Positions 27,983-38,081 are shown, counted from the stretch's first letter. The stretch: 64,000 nucleotides of DNA from an uncultured Roseivirgaceae bacterium (GCA_964398945.1 CAYNOT010000019.1:34443-98442), one strand, 5' to 3'. Made by a program: numbers and translations. Notes: a model not told the origin generated them from the letters alone.

Positions 27983-28792
27983 ATGCAGTTGAGGATTGTT
28001 TTTTTCTGTTTTGCTTTTCTGCCGATGCTGGCCGTTGCCCAGGACGAACCGATAGACGAACGCTTTTCTGTAGACACACCGGTGAGCCTCGATTTCAAAA
28101 GGGATGAAGAAGTCGTTGCCACGAAAAAGAAAAAGAAAGTCAAGAAAAAAGTATTTTATGGTGTTAAAACCCGAAAAGGCTTTACCCGAAAAGGGGTAGG
28201 CAATCGTGTTACATACGAATTGTTCTACTATTTAAAAGTACCCGAAAACCCACAGACTTTTGCGCGCGATTTATACTGGTACGACTATACCCGCAGGGAA
28301 ATCCGGAACACAAAAACATTTGACCCCAAAAAAGGTGTCTTGTTGCACGGGCCGTACACCAAGAAGCAAAACGATGTGGTGTTGGAAACGGGTATCTTTT
28401 ATAAAGGAAGCAAGCACGGCCGTTGGATGACCTACAACCGTGATAGTGTGCTCATCGATAAAAACCTTTACTATAAGGGCTGGCCTAAAGAATCTATTGT
28501 TTCATATTATGATCCTGTTGAACGCAAACACATGAAAGAGATCACGCCAATTGAGTTTGGTGAAAAAGAAGGATACTATTATCGCTTTCATGAAAACGGA
28601 AAATTTGCTGTGACAGGTGAGTACCAATGGGACCAGAAAGTGGGCGATTGGATTGAATATTATCCGGATGGAAAAAGAAAACGGATCATCACCTATTCCA
28701 AAAAAGCCTTTGATGATGTGAAGCCCTACATTAAAACGGAGTGGAATGCCAAGGGCAAAGAAATTTACCGAAACAATAAGATGGCGAAATAA
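27983..28792 (+). CDS. MORN-repeat variant / YwqK-family-like secreted protein
   Basis: Signal peptide and repeated G.Y..Y..G....G.W motifs (GIFYKGSKHGRWMTY, YYKGWPKE, GEYQWDQKVGDWIEYYPDG). Confidence 0.6.
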   Translation: MQLRIVFFCFAFLPMLAVAQDEPIDERFSVDTPVSLDFKRDEEVVATKKKKKVKKKVFYGVKTRKGFTRKGVGNRVTYELFYYLKVPENPQTFARDLYWYDYTRREIRNTKTFDPKKGVLLHGPYTKKQNDVVLETGIFYKGSKHGRWMTYNRDSVLIDKNLYYKGWPKESIVSYYDPVERKHMKEITPIEFGEKEGYYYRFHENGKFAVTGEYQWDQKVGDWIEYYPDGKRKRIITYSKKAFDDVKPYIKTEWNAKGKEIYRNNKMAK

Positions 28793-28937
28793 GAAATCAG
28801 CTTATTTCTAATTTGAAAATCCCTGAAGGGCCTTGCCCTCACCCTACAGAACTTATAACTCCCTTTTGACTCAAATCATGCCCGCAGTATATCCCAATCA
28901 TCATTACCGGAGTTTTACTGCCGTTTTTCAGGTTTTA

Positions 28938-28959
28938 TACTTTTGAATCCCTAATTTTG
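28938..28959 (+). promoter_or_regulatory. two candidate Bacteroidota -7 promoter boxes (TAnnTTTG) upstream of the HTH gene
   Basis: TACTTTTG at 28938-28945 and TAATTTTG at 28952-28959, 39-60 nt upstream of the ATG at 28998. A near-palindrome GGCAGTATATTGCC at 28969-28982 lies between the boxes and the ATG. Confidence 0.3.
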
Positions 28960-28997
28960 TATTAAAGCGGCAGTATATTGCCTTTTTAAATACCATT

Positions 28998-29201
28998 ATG
29001 GATTTAGAGAACATTGGGAAAACTATTCGCGCCAGACGGAAAGAGCTGAAAACCTTACAGGATGACCTGGCGGAAATTGCCGGGATATCACCAAGGACTT
29101 TGCGGGATATTGAAAAAGGAATTGCCAACCCAGAACTGGCAACCTTGCTGAAAATATGTAATGTATTGGGAATGGAAATAAAAGTGGATGTAATCAAATG
29201 A
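28998..29201 (+). CDS. XRE-family helix-turn-helix protein (HipB-like component)
   Basis: LKTLQDDLAEIAGISPRTLRDIEKG HTH motif. The stop overlaps the next start (ATGA). Confidence 0.85.
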   Translation: MDLENIGKTIRARRKELKTLQDDLAEIAGISPRTLRDIEKGIANPELATLLKICNVLGMEIKVDVIK

Positions 29202-29524
29202 GTCGTAAGGCAGAAGTATATAACAACAGTATCCTGGCCGGGGTGTTGGAAAAAACAGATGAACAAGATTATTTGTTTAGCTATGATTTGAATTATTTAA
29301 ATAATCCGGATCAACCTGCCATTAGTTTATCGTTTCCAAAAACCCAAAGAGAGTACCGGTCTAAAACTTTGTTTCCTTTTTTCTTTGGGTTGTTATCTGA
29401 AGGTGTGAACAAACAGACCCAGTGCAGGCTTCTGCGCATCGATGAAAATGACCACTTCACCTTGCTTTTGCGAACAGCCCATTCCGATACCATTGGTTCC
29501 ATCATTGTAAAAGAAATAATATGA
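29198..29524 (+). CDS. HipA N-terminal-subdomain protein (HipS-like)
   Basis: 108 aa, collinear with the N-terminal subdomain of HipA (V..N...AG.L, P.S.SFP, FFFGLLSEG, DTIGS). ATGA overlaps on both sides. Confidence 0.75.
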   Translation: MSRKAEVYNNSILAGVLEKTDEQDYLFSYDLNYLNNPDQPAISLSFPKTQREYRSKTLFPFFFGLLSEGVNKQTQCRLLRIDENDHFTLLLRTAHSDTIGSIIVKEII

Positions 29525-30555
29525 AGTGCCAGGGATGTTTATTAGAAAAAGAATTGGCAATAACGGAAGTACTGGCAGGAAAAACCGTGGGCTTTTGCAA
29601 AAAATGTTTAAAAGAACTTTTTGACAATAAAAAGGTAAGTCCTGTTTTACCTTTTAACTCACCCGAAAATGAGGAATCTAATCTCTACACCGACCTCACT
29701 CAAAAAATGTCTATCTCTGGTGTGCAAGTGAAGTACTCTATGAAATTAGAGAAGGGCTCATTAGTGCTTACTGACAAAGGAGGCCAATATATTTTGAAAC
29801 CCATTCCTTCCGGCCAATTCAAAAACCTGGACCAGGCACCGGCCAATGAGCATCTAACGATGCAGATGGCAAAGCAATTTTTCAAGATCAGTGTTCCGGC
29901 CAATGCATTTGTTTACTTTCGGGATGGAAGTGCTGCTTACCTGGTAAGACGTTTTGATGTGAAAGCCGATGCCCGTCCTGATTCTTTCGGGGTATCAAAG
30001 TTTCAGCAGGAAGACTTTGCCCAAATTGCACAGATCACCGAGGAAACACATGGCAAGAATTATAAGTACGATCTTTCTTATGAAGAGATCGGCAACCTGA
30101 TTGCCAAACACATTGTTACCCATCTGATAGAGAAAGAGAAATTCTTCCGTCTTGTATTGTTCAATTATATTTTCTCAAACGGGGATGCGCACGTTAAGAA
30201 CTTTTCAGCAATTAAAACTGCGACTGGTGATTATGTATTAACGCCCGCCTACGACCTTCTTTGCACCGCGATCCACACACCAGATGAAGCGGACATGGCA
30301 CTTTCCCTTTTTAAAGAAGATTTCCCGGAAGCGTACAATGCTCACGGGTTTTATACCTACTATGACTTTCTATTGTTTGGAAAAAAGCTAAACATTAAAG
30401 AAAGCCGTGTTGTAAAAATCATCAATGAATTCAAAGCAGCTAATGGGGCTGTTTTTGAAATGATTGACCAATCTTTTTTACGGGATGATCTTAAGGAACT
30501 ATACCAGGATCTGTTGAACAATAAGAAGCAACGACTAAATATTGAGTGGAAGTAA
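29521..30555 (+). CDS. HipA-family Ser/Thr kinase toxin lacking the N-terminal subdomain (HipT-like)
   Basis: Gly-rich loop MSISGVQVKYS, catalytic-loop-like NGDAHVKNFS, PAYDLL. N-terminal CxxC...CxxC (C3, C6, C26, C29). Confidence 0.85.
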   Translation: MKCQGCLLEKELAITEVLAGKTVGFCKKCLKELFDNKKVSPVLPFNSPENEESNLYTDLTQKMSISGVQVKYSMKLEKGSLVLTDKGGQYILKPIPSGQFKNLDQAPANEHLTMQMAKQFFKISVPANAFVYFRDGSAAYLVRRFDVKADARPDSFGVSKFQQEDFAQIAQITEETHGKNYKYDLSYEEIGNLIAKHIVTHLIEKEKFFRLVLFNYIFSNGDAHVKNFSAIKTATGDYVLTPAYDLLCTAIHTPDEADMALSLFKEDFPEAYNAHGFYTYYDFLLFGKKLNIKESRVVKIINEFKAANGAVFEMIDQSFLRDDLKELYQDLLNNKKQRLNIEWK

Positions 30556-30683
30556 TGATGGGATGATATGATATGCGCCTGTTGGCAAAAAGTTGGGCGC
30601 ATGGAAAACATCCATTCCGGTTTGACCTTAAAAAATTGCAGATATCTTTACTTCTTTATCTTTACAAAAAAACAAAAATCAAT

Positions 30684-31445
30684 ATGCGTAAAAAAATTGT
30701 AGCCGGAAACTGGAAAATGAACCTCACACTCGAAGAAGGGAAAACCCTTGTTTCTGAATTGATCGGAATGTGTGCCGATGAGGTGCAAGGTGATGTGAAT
30801 GTTGTTTTATGTGTTCCCTTTCCCTATTTGGTTTCTTTGAAAAACCTGGTTGGCAACAATACGCGTATCGCAATTGGTGCCCAAAACTGTAGCGAACATG
30901 AATCGGGGGCTTATACTGGTGAAACTTCTGCCACCATGATCAAATCAATCGGTGTTCCGTACATCATCCTTGGGCACAGCGAGCGCAGGCAATATTTTAA
31001 AGAAGACGGGGCATTGCTTGCTTCTAAGGTTGATAAAGTTTTAGAACATGGACTGACACCCATTTTTTGTTGTGGCGAGCCGTTGGAAGTCCGCGAAAAA
31101 GGTGATCACGAAGCATTGGTAAAAAAGCAAGTAGAAGAAAGCCTCTTCCATTTATCAGCGGAGGTAATCCAAAAAGTTGTGGTTGCCTACGAGCCCGTTT
31201 GGGCAATTGGCACCGGCAAAACGGCCACATCGCAGCAAGCACAAGATATGCATGCAGTTATTCGCCAGCATATTGCTGCTAAATACAACCAGGCAGTGGC
31301 GGATGAAATATCAATCCTTTATGGTGGAAGTGTGAAGGCCGACAATGCAAAAGAATTGTTTGGTTGTGCCGATGTAGATGGCGGGCTTGTTGGAGGCGCT
31401 TCGTTGAAGTCGCGCGAGTTTACAGAGATTGTCAAGGCGATATAG
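30684..31445 (+). CDS. tpiA: triose-phosphate isomerase
   Basis: AGNWKMN, ILGHSERR, AYEPVWAIGTG. Start moved to ATG 30684 (MRKKIVAGNWKMN). Confidence 0.95.
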   Translation: MRKKIVAGNWKMNLTLEEGKTLVSELIGMCADEVQGDVNVVLCVPFPYLVSLKNLVGNNTRIAIGAQNCSEHESGAYTGETSATMIKSIGVPYIILGHSERRQYFKEDGALLASKVDKVLEHGLTPIFCCGEPLEVREKGDHEALVKKQVEESLFHLSAEVIQKVVVAYEPVWAIGTGKTATSQQAQDMHAVIRQHIAAKYNQAVADEISILYGGSVKADNAKELFGCADVDGGLVGGASLKSREFTEIVKAI

Positions 31446-31449
31446 CACT

Positions 31450-32286
31450 ATGAATTACCACACACGTCTTACCGTAGCGTGCGATGAAAGTTTCACCGAA
31501 ATATTGATTGCCGAATTGGGCAATGCAGGTTTTGATACCTTTCAGGAAACCGATACAGGCTTTGAAGCTTACGCAGAAGGTGAATCATATAATCTTGAAC
31601 AAATTGAAGCAATCCAATTGCAATATGCTTCCGTAACCCCCCTCGATTTTCAATTCGATCAAATCGAAAAGAGAAACTGGAACGAGGAATGGGAAAAAAG
31701 CTATGACCCGATAATTGTTGATGACCGCTGTCGCATTCGCGCACACTTTCATGCACCGGATCCTTCATACCAATATGAAATCGAGATCACACCAAAGATG
31801 TCGTTTGGCACCGGACATCATCAGACAACTTGTTTGATGATCAAAAACCAACTTGATCTTGATCACCAAAATAAAAGGGTAATGGATGCCGGATGTGGAA
31901 CGGCAGTCCTCTCGGTAATGGCTTCAAAGCTTGGGGCATCTTTTGTAGATGCGTTCGATATTGATGATTGGAGCACAGAGAATGGCACAGAGAATTTAGA
32001 AGTCAACCGCGTTGACAATGTTCGGATCCGAATCGGCACGGTGAAATCACTACCCTTTGATTCCCCCTTTGATATTATTTTGGCCAACATCAACAAGAAT
32101 GTTTTGCTTGATGAAATGCACTTCTATTCACAATTATTAAATACAAAAGGCCATTTATTATTAAGTGGTTTTTACGAAAGTGATATCCCGGGCTTGCTAA
32201 AAGAAGCACACCGTTACGGCTTTCAGGAAATACACAGCAAAAGCATGGAAGGATGGGCTTCGCTCTTGCTTCAGAAAATCAACTGA
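31450..32286 (+). CDS. prmA: ribosomal protein L11 methyltransferase
   Basis: FGTGHHQTT and DAGCGTAVLS SAM motifs. Start at ATG 31450. Confidence 0.9.
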   Translation: MNYHTRLTVACDESFTEILIAELGNAGFDTFQETDTGFEAYAEGESYNLEQIEAIQLQYASVTPLDFQFDQIEKRNWNEEWEKSYDPIIVDDRCRIRAHFHAPDPSYQYEIEITPKMSFGTGHHQTTCLMIKNQLDLDHQNKRVMDAGCGTAVLSVMASKLGASFVDAFDIDDWSTENGTENLEVNRVDNVRIRIGTVKSLPFDSPFDIILANINKNVLLDEMHFYSQLLNTKGHLLLSGFYESDIPGLLKEAHRYGFQEIHSKSMEGWASLLLQKIN

Positions 32287-32348
32287 TCATGCATTTTTAA
32301 AGCGGATTTACCGTTTAATGTTCCATTGGCATCGGGGCTTTAGCTAAT

Positions 32349-35300
32349 TTGCGCAATATTTACGAATTTCAAGGTTTTGATAGCGTGAAGCAGGTTTTTA
32401 CATTCATATTGACAATCAGTCTTTTCCTTTCCATTTCGGCCTTCGGCCAGGGTGGTGCAGGGCCTGTAGCTATTCCTTTGAGCTTTCCGGACAGTGTTGT
32501 GGCTGCGCTTGAAAAAACACGGAAACCAGAAGCACTTCTAGCTGCATCCGAATTTGGAAATGCCTGGGCCTCATTGGGCCTTGATCAACAACAAACCGTT
32601 CGCAACCACTTTCGTGAAATGAAAAAGAAGAAGTTTTCATTCACGACCCATTATATCAAATACCTGCGCGCGCTTTCGAATGCTGTAACAATTGAGCGTA
32701 TTGATGCCGCCAAACTTAACCAGTACCTTGGCTTTTGCGGAAAAATAATTGAATTCTATCCACCGGCCCAAGCGCTAAAAACCTTCGAAAACCTTCGCGT
32801 GTTCTTTGAACACCATGCCTTGTATGTTGAAAAATTTTATCGGTTAAACGTACAAAATGATTCCTACTCATTTGAATTTATAGAACCAGCCCCCACCATA
32901 AGTTGGGACGATATAGAAGAAGAGCCGACAACAGAAGACACCTGGCCAGAAGAAGAAACAAGCTGGAGTGATGAGGAAGAATACGCAGATGAACCTGTAA
33001 CGGAAATCCCAAGTTGGATGAACCCTCCTCCCCAACCTTTTCTGGAAGGTGCATTGATCCGTTTTGATCGCGTTACACTCAACATTGCCACTCCTTCCGA
33101 TTCGGTATTCCTAAAAAATACGAAAGGTGCCTTTTCATTAAAAGATGATCTTTTTGTCGGACAAGATGGTACATTCGATTGGACCCCTGCCGGCCTTCCT
33201 GACGATGTTGTGTCCTGCAGCCTTGGTGAATACAATTTCAATGTCCGAAAGGCAGAGTTCAAAGCGGATTTGGTGAAACTGAATTACGTTGGGAAAACGC
33301 CAGGTTTCATACCGGGCAAAATGCAATTTAAGTCTGTACCGAGAAAGGATTCCGTTCTGTCCCCCTATCCCCAGTTCCAATCCTATCAGAGTGATTTGAA
33401 GATCACCGGTATGGGAAATGAAAACATACGCTATTCGGGTGGGTTCTCACTCATTGGAAATAAAATCTCCAGTCGTTCGGTGCTTTCTGATTTTTCAAAA
33501 ATTGATGTATACAGCAATGGCCAGAAAAAATTTACTGCCCACTCACCGGAATTCATTTTTAAAGATTCAACCGTTTCCTCCGAAAAAGCACGGGTAACTA
33601 TTTACCAGGATAACGATTCAATAACGCACCCTTCCGTTAGGTTGCGCTATAAGGCCAATAACGAAGAAGCACTTTTTCTCAGTGCAAAAGGCGCGATGCG
33701 AAATGCGCCCTATTCTTCTTCCTTCTTCAACATGGATTTTTCAGCAAACATTGTTCAATGGAACTTGACCAAAGATAGCCTGGACATCCTGACCGATGGT
33801 GGAAGAAGCACCATGCCGATGATTCTTGAGTCCATTGATTTTTATGATCCGAATGATTTCCGGTTACTGAAAGGAAATGAATTTAGCTTTCATCCATTGG
33901 CACTGGTGGTCAACTATTGTGAAAAAATGAAGGTGCGCGAATTCTATTCAGGCGACCTCGGTACCTACGCACGAAAAGACCAGCGGGAAATCAAAGCAGC
34001 CATCGAATTTCTTGCATTGAAGGGTATGATCAACTACAATGCAAAGACCGATATCGTATTTGTACCTGAGAAGTCCATTAATTTTTTTAAATCCTTTAAA
34101 GGCGAAATGGATTACGATAACCTAAAAATCCATTCGGTCACCGATCTATACCCGAATGCCACGGTCAACTTCCAAAAACGTGAAATGACTGTAAGGGGCG
34201 TGGAAGAATTTAAACTCAGTGATTCACTGAATGTAAAAATCGAACCCGATAGCAGCATCATTACCATTCTTCAAAACCGTGACATAAAATTTGACGGCAC
34301 AATCTCAGCCGGGAATTTTGAAATCAGTGGCAAGGGATTTACCCTGAATTATGACAGCTTTTTTGTGAACTTAACGCACATCGATTCCATCAATTTCTTT
34401 GTAACAGAAAAAAATGCAAGGGGTCAGAGTATCCGAAGGAAGATCAATAACTCCATGGTGGGTGCCGATTCAATAGCCGCTGCCGAAGGTGACCTGGGCG
34501 ACATTTCAAAATCCTCGGGAACACTTTATATAAGCCGGTCGAACAATAAATCAGGAAAGGTCAAGATCCCCACCTACCCACGACTGGATGCAACAACCGG
34601 GGGTGTAATTTATTTCGACAGACGGGAGGTATTGAATGGAGCGTATGACCGGTCCATCTTCTTCGTTATCCCACCCTTTAAGCTGGATAGTTTAAATGAT
34701 GCCGACCCCACCTCTATCAACTTTGACGGAAAATTTATTTCGAGCGGGATGTTCCCAAGCTTTAAAGAAAAACTCATGACCATGCCCGATAAATCCCTGG
34801 GTTTCGATCATGCAATCCCCAAAGGGGGTTACCAGCTTTTTAAAGGGGACGGAAAACTCGAAGGCGTTATTTCCATGAACAACCGTGGATTGCGCGCAAC
34901 CGGTAAAATTGATTTCCTTGCCGCAACGGTAGTCTCACCCGACTTTGTTTTTTATCCTGATTCCGTTTTAGGAAAAGGAAACCGCGCTACTATCAGGGAG
35001 CAACAATTTGGTTCTGTTCTTTTTCCACAAGCATCGTTGCCTGATTTTGAAATGCAGTGGTATCCGAAAGAAGATGAGATGGTGTTGACTAATTTGCGGG
35101 CACCTTTCAATTTTTATGATTCAACTGCGCAGCTGAGTGGAAACATTACCATTTCCAAAGAAGGGGTTGCCGGATCGGGTGTATTGCTTACACGTGGAAC
35201 CGAAGTTGTATCGGAAGAAATGAAATTCAATGGTAAAGATTTGGGGGCAAGGCATGCAGAATTCAAAGTAAATACCGGAGACCCCAACAAGCCACTGATG

Positions 35301-37148
35301 GCCGGGCGTGACATTCGCCTGAAATTTGACCTGGATGATAACTATGCAGACATTAGCCCGGAGATTGAGGGTGAGGCCGCGATTGAATTCCCGTACGCAC
35401 AATTCAAAACTTCCATACCCGATGCCCGCTGGGATTTGGGTGAGCAGAAGATCCACATGACGAAAAGACCGGATGTTCCGATTGAAAACTCGTACTTCTA
35501 TACAACACGAAAAGATTTGGACTCCCTGCGGTTCAATGCTGAAGCTGCCGAGTACGACATCCAAACACAACAACTCAAAGTAAGTGGTATCCCCTACATT
35601 ATTGTGGCCGATGCAAAAATTACCCCGGAGAACAACGAGGTATTGATCCTCGAAAATGCGCGGATAGGCACACTAAAAAACACCACTATTTTGTTGGATA
35701 CACTTAACGGTTATCACCGCCTTACCGAAGGGGTGGTAGATGTTATCTCACGAAAAGAATTCTCAGGATATGCCACCTATCAGTATGTGAATTTCCTGAA
35801 TGATACGTTTGCAATAAAAATGACGGATTTTCATCTGGAGCCTATCGAACAAACTGAAACACATAGAAGGAAGCGATCGGGCATTCTCGCCACACACCAA
35901 ACAGTTGCTGTTGGGGCTGTTGTTGATGCCGACAATCTTGTATTGGGGGCCGGCATGTACTACAAAGGGGATATGACCATGTATGCTACACGGCCGGCCT
36001 TGCAATTAAAAGGATTTGTAAAACTTGACATTAAGAAAATTAAAAATTACAACACCTGGATCCGGTACGAACAAACTGGTGAGGAAACAGAAGTGCTCAT
36101 TGATTTCAATAAGGCAATGACCGAACTGGGCAAACGGGCCGATGCTGGCTTGCATTTTTCTTACACCGATAATTCGCTGTACATCTCTTTCCTGAATGAT
36201 AAACGGAACGAAGACGATGATAACTTTTTTGTCCCTTCCGGTACGCTGCATTACGATCCGGAATTAAAAGAATACAAAATTGAAGACCTCGAAAAAGCTG
36301 CCGGGAATAAACTCTCCGGAAAATTATTTGCCTACAATGATGAAACATCACAAGTACGTTTTGAAGGCGAAACAACTTTCTTTAGAGGTAATAAAGACTT
36401 TAGTGTAAGGGCAAGTGCCCTGGGCTCCGGCAATTTAGAAACCAATGAAATCCGGTTGAATTCTTTTCTGATGGTGGATACCAATGTGCCGGGAACAGCC
36501 CTTGATGTAATGGCAAGAAACCTGCAGGAAGTGATCAAGAACGAAGGGGCTGATGAAGGGTTGGGCGACCAAACCGAGTTGTTGTATAAGATTGCCGACA
36601 TCTTGGGGGAACGCGCAGTAAAAGATTTTGAGGAAAAAAGTTTTCAGGGATATGTGCCGTTGGCAACCCTTTCGGCAACGGCCAAGCCCTTGGTTTTCGC
36701 TAACGTAAGTTTGAAATGGTCACAAGGCCATAAAGCATTTTACAGTGAAGGAGCTTTGGGAATGTCGAACATCAATCGCAACGATATCAATGGCGCCTTC
36801 GAAGGGTTTATGGAGCTGAGGAAAAATGAAGATGGAAGCCCTGTGTTCCATGTGTTCTTCAAAGCCTCACCTGATGCCTGGTATTATTTCGGTTTTGAAG
36901 ACAACCGGCTTTTGGTGCAATCCTCCAACAAAGATTTCAATAACATCATTTCGAAAAGAACCAATGCAGGAAAGGCAAAAATTGGGGAGGTCGCTTTCCT
37001 TCCGGGAAGTGATGAAGAAACGCTGGCGTTCATCAACCGCTTCAGAAAAAATTATTACGGTATAGAGGTTCCGTATAATTTGTACGCAGGATCATCGGCA
37101 GCCAAAAAGAAAGAAGAGAAAGAGAAGGTTGATGATGATGGGTTTTAG
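32349..37148 (+). CDS. very large secreted hypothetical protein (about 1590 aa), family not recognised
   Basis: Single uninterrupted ORF. TTG at 32349 or an in-frame GTG at 32385 gives a clean signal peptide (VKQVFTFILTISLFLSISAFGQ). Acidic linker DDIEEEPTTEDTWPEEETSWSDEEEYADEP, long beta-rich body, K/E-rich tail ending DDDGF. Confidence 0.8.
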   Translation: MRNIYEFQGFDSVKQVFTFILTISLFLSISAFGQGGAGPVAIPLSFPDSVVAALEKTRKPEALLAASEFGNAWASLGLDQQQTVRNHFREMKKKKFSFTTHYIKYLRALSNAVTIERIDAAKLNQYLGFCGKIIEFYPPAQALKTFENLRVFFEHHALYVEKFYRLNVQNDSYSFEFIEPAPTISWDDIEEEPTTEDTWPEEETSWSDEEEYADEPVTEIPSWMNPPPQPFLEGALIRFDRVTLNIATPSDSVFLKNTKGAFSLKDDLFVGQDGTFDWTPAGLPDDVVSCSLGEYNFNVRKAEFKADLVKLNYVGKTPGFIPGKMQFKSVPRKDSVLSPYPQFQSYQSDLKITGMGNENIRYSGGFSLIGNKISSRSVLSDFSKIDVYSNGQKKFTAHSPEFIFKDSTVSSEKARVTIYQDNDSITHPSVRLRYKANNEEALFLSAKGAMRNAPYSSSFFNMDFSANIVQWNLTKDSLDILTDGGRSTMPMILESIDFYDPNDFRLLKGNEFSFHPLALVVNYCEKMKVREFYSGDLGTYARKDQREIKAAIEFLALKGMINYNAKTDIVFVPEKSINFFKSFKGEMDYDNLKIHSVTDLYPNATVNFQKREMTVRGVEEFKLSDSLNVKIEPDSSIITILQNRDIKFDGTISAGNFEISGKGFTLNYDSFFVNLTHIDSINFFVTEKNARGQSIRRKINNSMVGADSIAAAEGDLGDISKSSGTLYISRSNNKSGKVKIPTYPRLDATTGGVIYFDRREVLNGAYDRSIFFVIPPFKLDSLNDADPTSINFDGKFISSGMFPSFKEKLMTMPDKSLGFDHAIPKGGYQLFKGDGKLEGVISMNNRGLRATGKIDFLAATVVSPDFVFYPDSVLGKGNRATIREQQFGSVLFPQASLPDFEMQWYPKEDEMVLTNLRAPFNFYDSTAQLSGNITISKEGVAGSGVLLTRGTEVVSEEMKFNGKDLGARHAEFKVNTGDPNKPLMAGRDIRLKFDLDDNYADISPEIEGEAAIEFPYAQFKTSIPDARWDLGEQKIHMTKRPDVPIENSYFYTTRKDLDSLRFNAEAAEYDIQTQQLKVSGIPYIIVADAKITPENNEVLILENARIGTLKNTTILLDTLNGYHRLTEGVVDVISRKEFSGYATYQYVNFLNDTFAIKMTDFHLEPIEQTETHRRKRSGILATHQTVAVGAVVDADNLVLGAGMYYKGDMTMYATRPALQLKGFVKLDIKKIKNYNTWIRYEQTGEETEVLIDFNKAMTELGKRADAGLHFSYTDNSLYISFLNDKRNEDDDNFFVPSGTLHYDPELKEYKIEDLEKAAGNKLSGKLFAYNDETSQVRFEGETTFFRGNKDFSVRASALGSGNLETNEIRLNSFLMVDTNVPGTALDVMARNLQEVIKNEGADEGLGDQTELLYKIADILGERAVKDFEEKSFQGYVPLATLSATAKPLVFANVSLKWSQGHKAFYSEGALGMSNINRNDINGAFEGFMELRKNEDGSPVFHVFFKASPDAWYYFGFEDNRLLVQSSNKDFNNIISKRTNAGKAKIGEVAFLPGSDEETLAFINRFRKNYYGIEVPYNLYAGSSAAKKKEEKEKVDDDGF

Positions 37149-37341
37149 ATTACCCGTCCGATCGCAAACAGTGGCATAAGTATAGTAATATAACTCCTAA
37201 TTGTTCCTGTTCCGCATTTATTTTTCAAATACTTATTTATTTGGTCTGGATAGTTTTTAGGAAACGAGAATAGGGGTAACGTCTACATAGGAAGGCTATC
37301 TATTCGCAAATGAAATTTAAGGTGACGTAACCTAGAGAGGG

Positions 37342-37998
37342 TTATTTTAATTTGATGATGTAACCGATACCCACATTGAAATTTAAAGAGTGTACCCTCA
37401 TCTCTAAATAATCTTGAGAATCAAATCGGAAATCACTCATAACAATATCATATGAGGGAGAGATTGTTACTTTCCAACTGTTGATAATTTTTGAAAACCC
37501 AATCCCTAAGCTTCCATAAAATTTATTCCTAAATGAATCATCGTCTAAAGGTTCGTCTTTTGACTTAAAGGTATGAACGCCAACCGTTATCAAAGGTGAA
37601 ATTAAAATCTTCTTCTTCTCAAGAAGATTAAAATCATATCCAAATAAGATTCCAATCTTAAACACTTTTTTAAAATCAGCCTCCCTCTCAAAGTTTATCA
37701 GATTAAATGAAATTTTCTCAACGAAATATTCTTGAAATCCCAAATTTGGGCCGATCATAAAATTCTTCAATTTAAAAATTGGCAAGCACTGAATCGATAT
37801 GTTTCCACCATTACCTTTGCCAACGATTTCGTAATACACTTCCCCATCTATTTGTATACCCGCTTGTAATGGATATCTCGAAAACCATGAAGTATAACCT
37901 CCTCCCAAGACAATACGTGGTTCGAAAGAAAAATTTTGTGCAGTTCCTTCAATTGATAAAAGGAAAAATAAGATTCCCACAACGATAATTTTATTCAT
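37342..37998 (-). CDS. hypothetical outer-membrane beta-barrel-like protein (AT-rich gene)
   Basis: Start at MNKIIVVGILFFLLSIEGTAQ (cat at 37996-37998). Alternating beta pattern. No family recognised. Confidence 0.5.
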   Translation of the reverse strand: MNKIIVVGILFFLLSIEGTAQNFSFEPRIVLGGGYTSWFSRYPLQAGIQIDGEVYYEIVGKGNGGNISIQCLPIFKLKNFMIGPNLGFQEYFVEKISFNLINFEREADFKKVFKIGILFGYDFNLLEKKKILISPLITVGVHTFKSKDEPLDDDSFRNKFYGSLGIGFSKIINSWKVTISPSYDIVMSDFRFDSQDYLEMRVHSLNFNVGIGYIIKLK

Positions 37999-38081
37999 AA
38001 CTAAAAAACAGAAGTAAAATCTTTTCACAAATATGTTGATTTCTAAATTCACTAACTTTAAATTTCCCAAAGACCCATCGC

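Noticed and set aside
28928-29266. 112-aa minus-strand ORF
   Set aside because: Antisense to the XRE HTH gene and the start of the HipS-like gene. The plus-strand genes have clear family motifs and coupled ATGA overlaps.
35121-35573. 150-aa minus-strand ORF, and other antisense ORFs from 32864 to 36601
   Set aside because: All lie inside the uninterrupted 4.8-kb plus-strand ORF and have no motifs.
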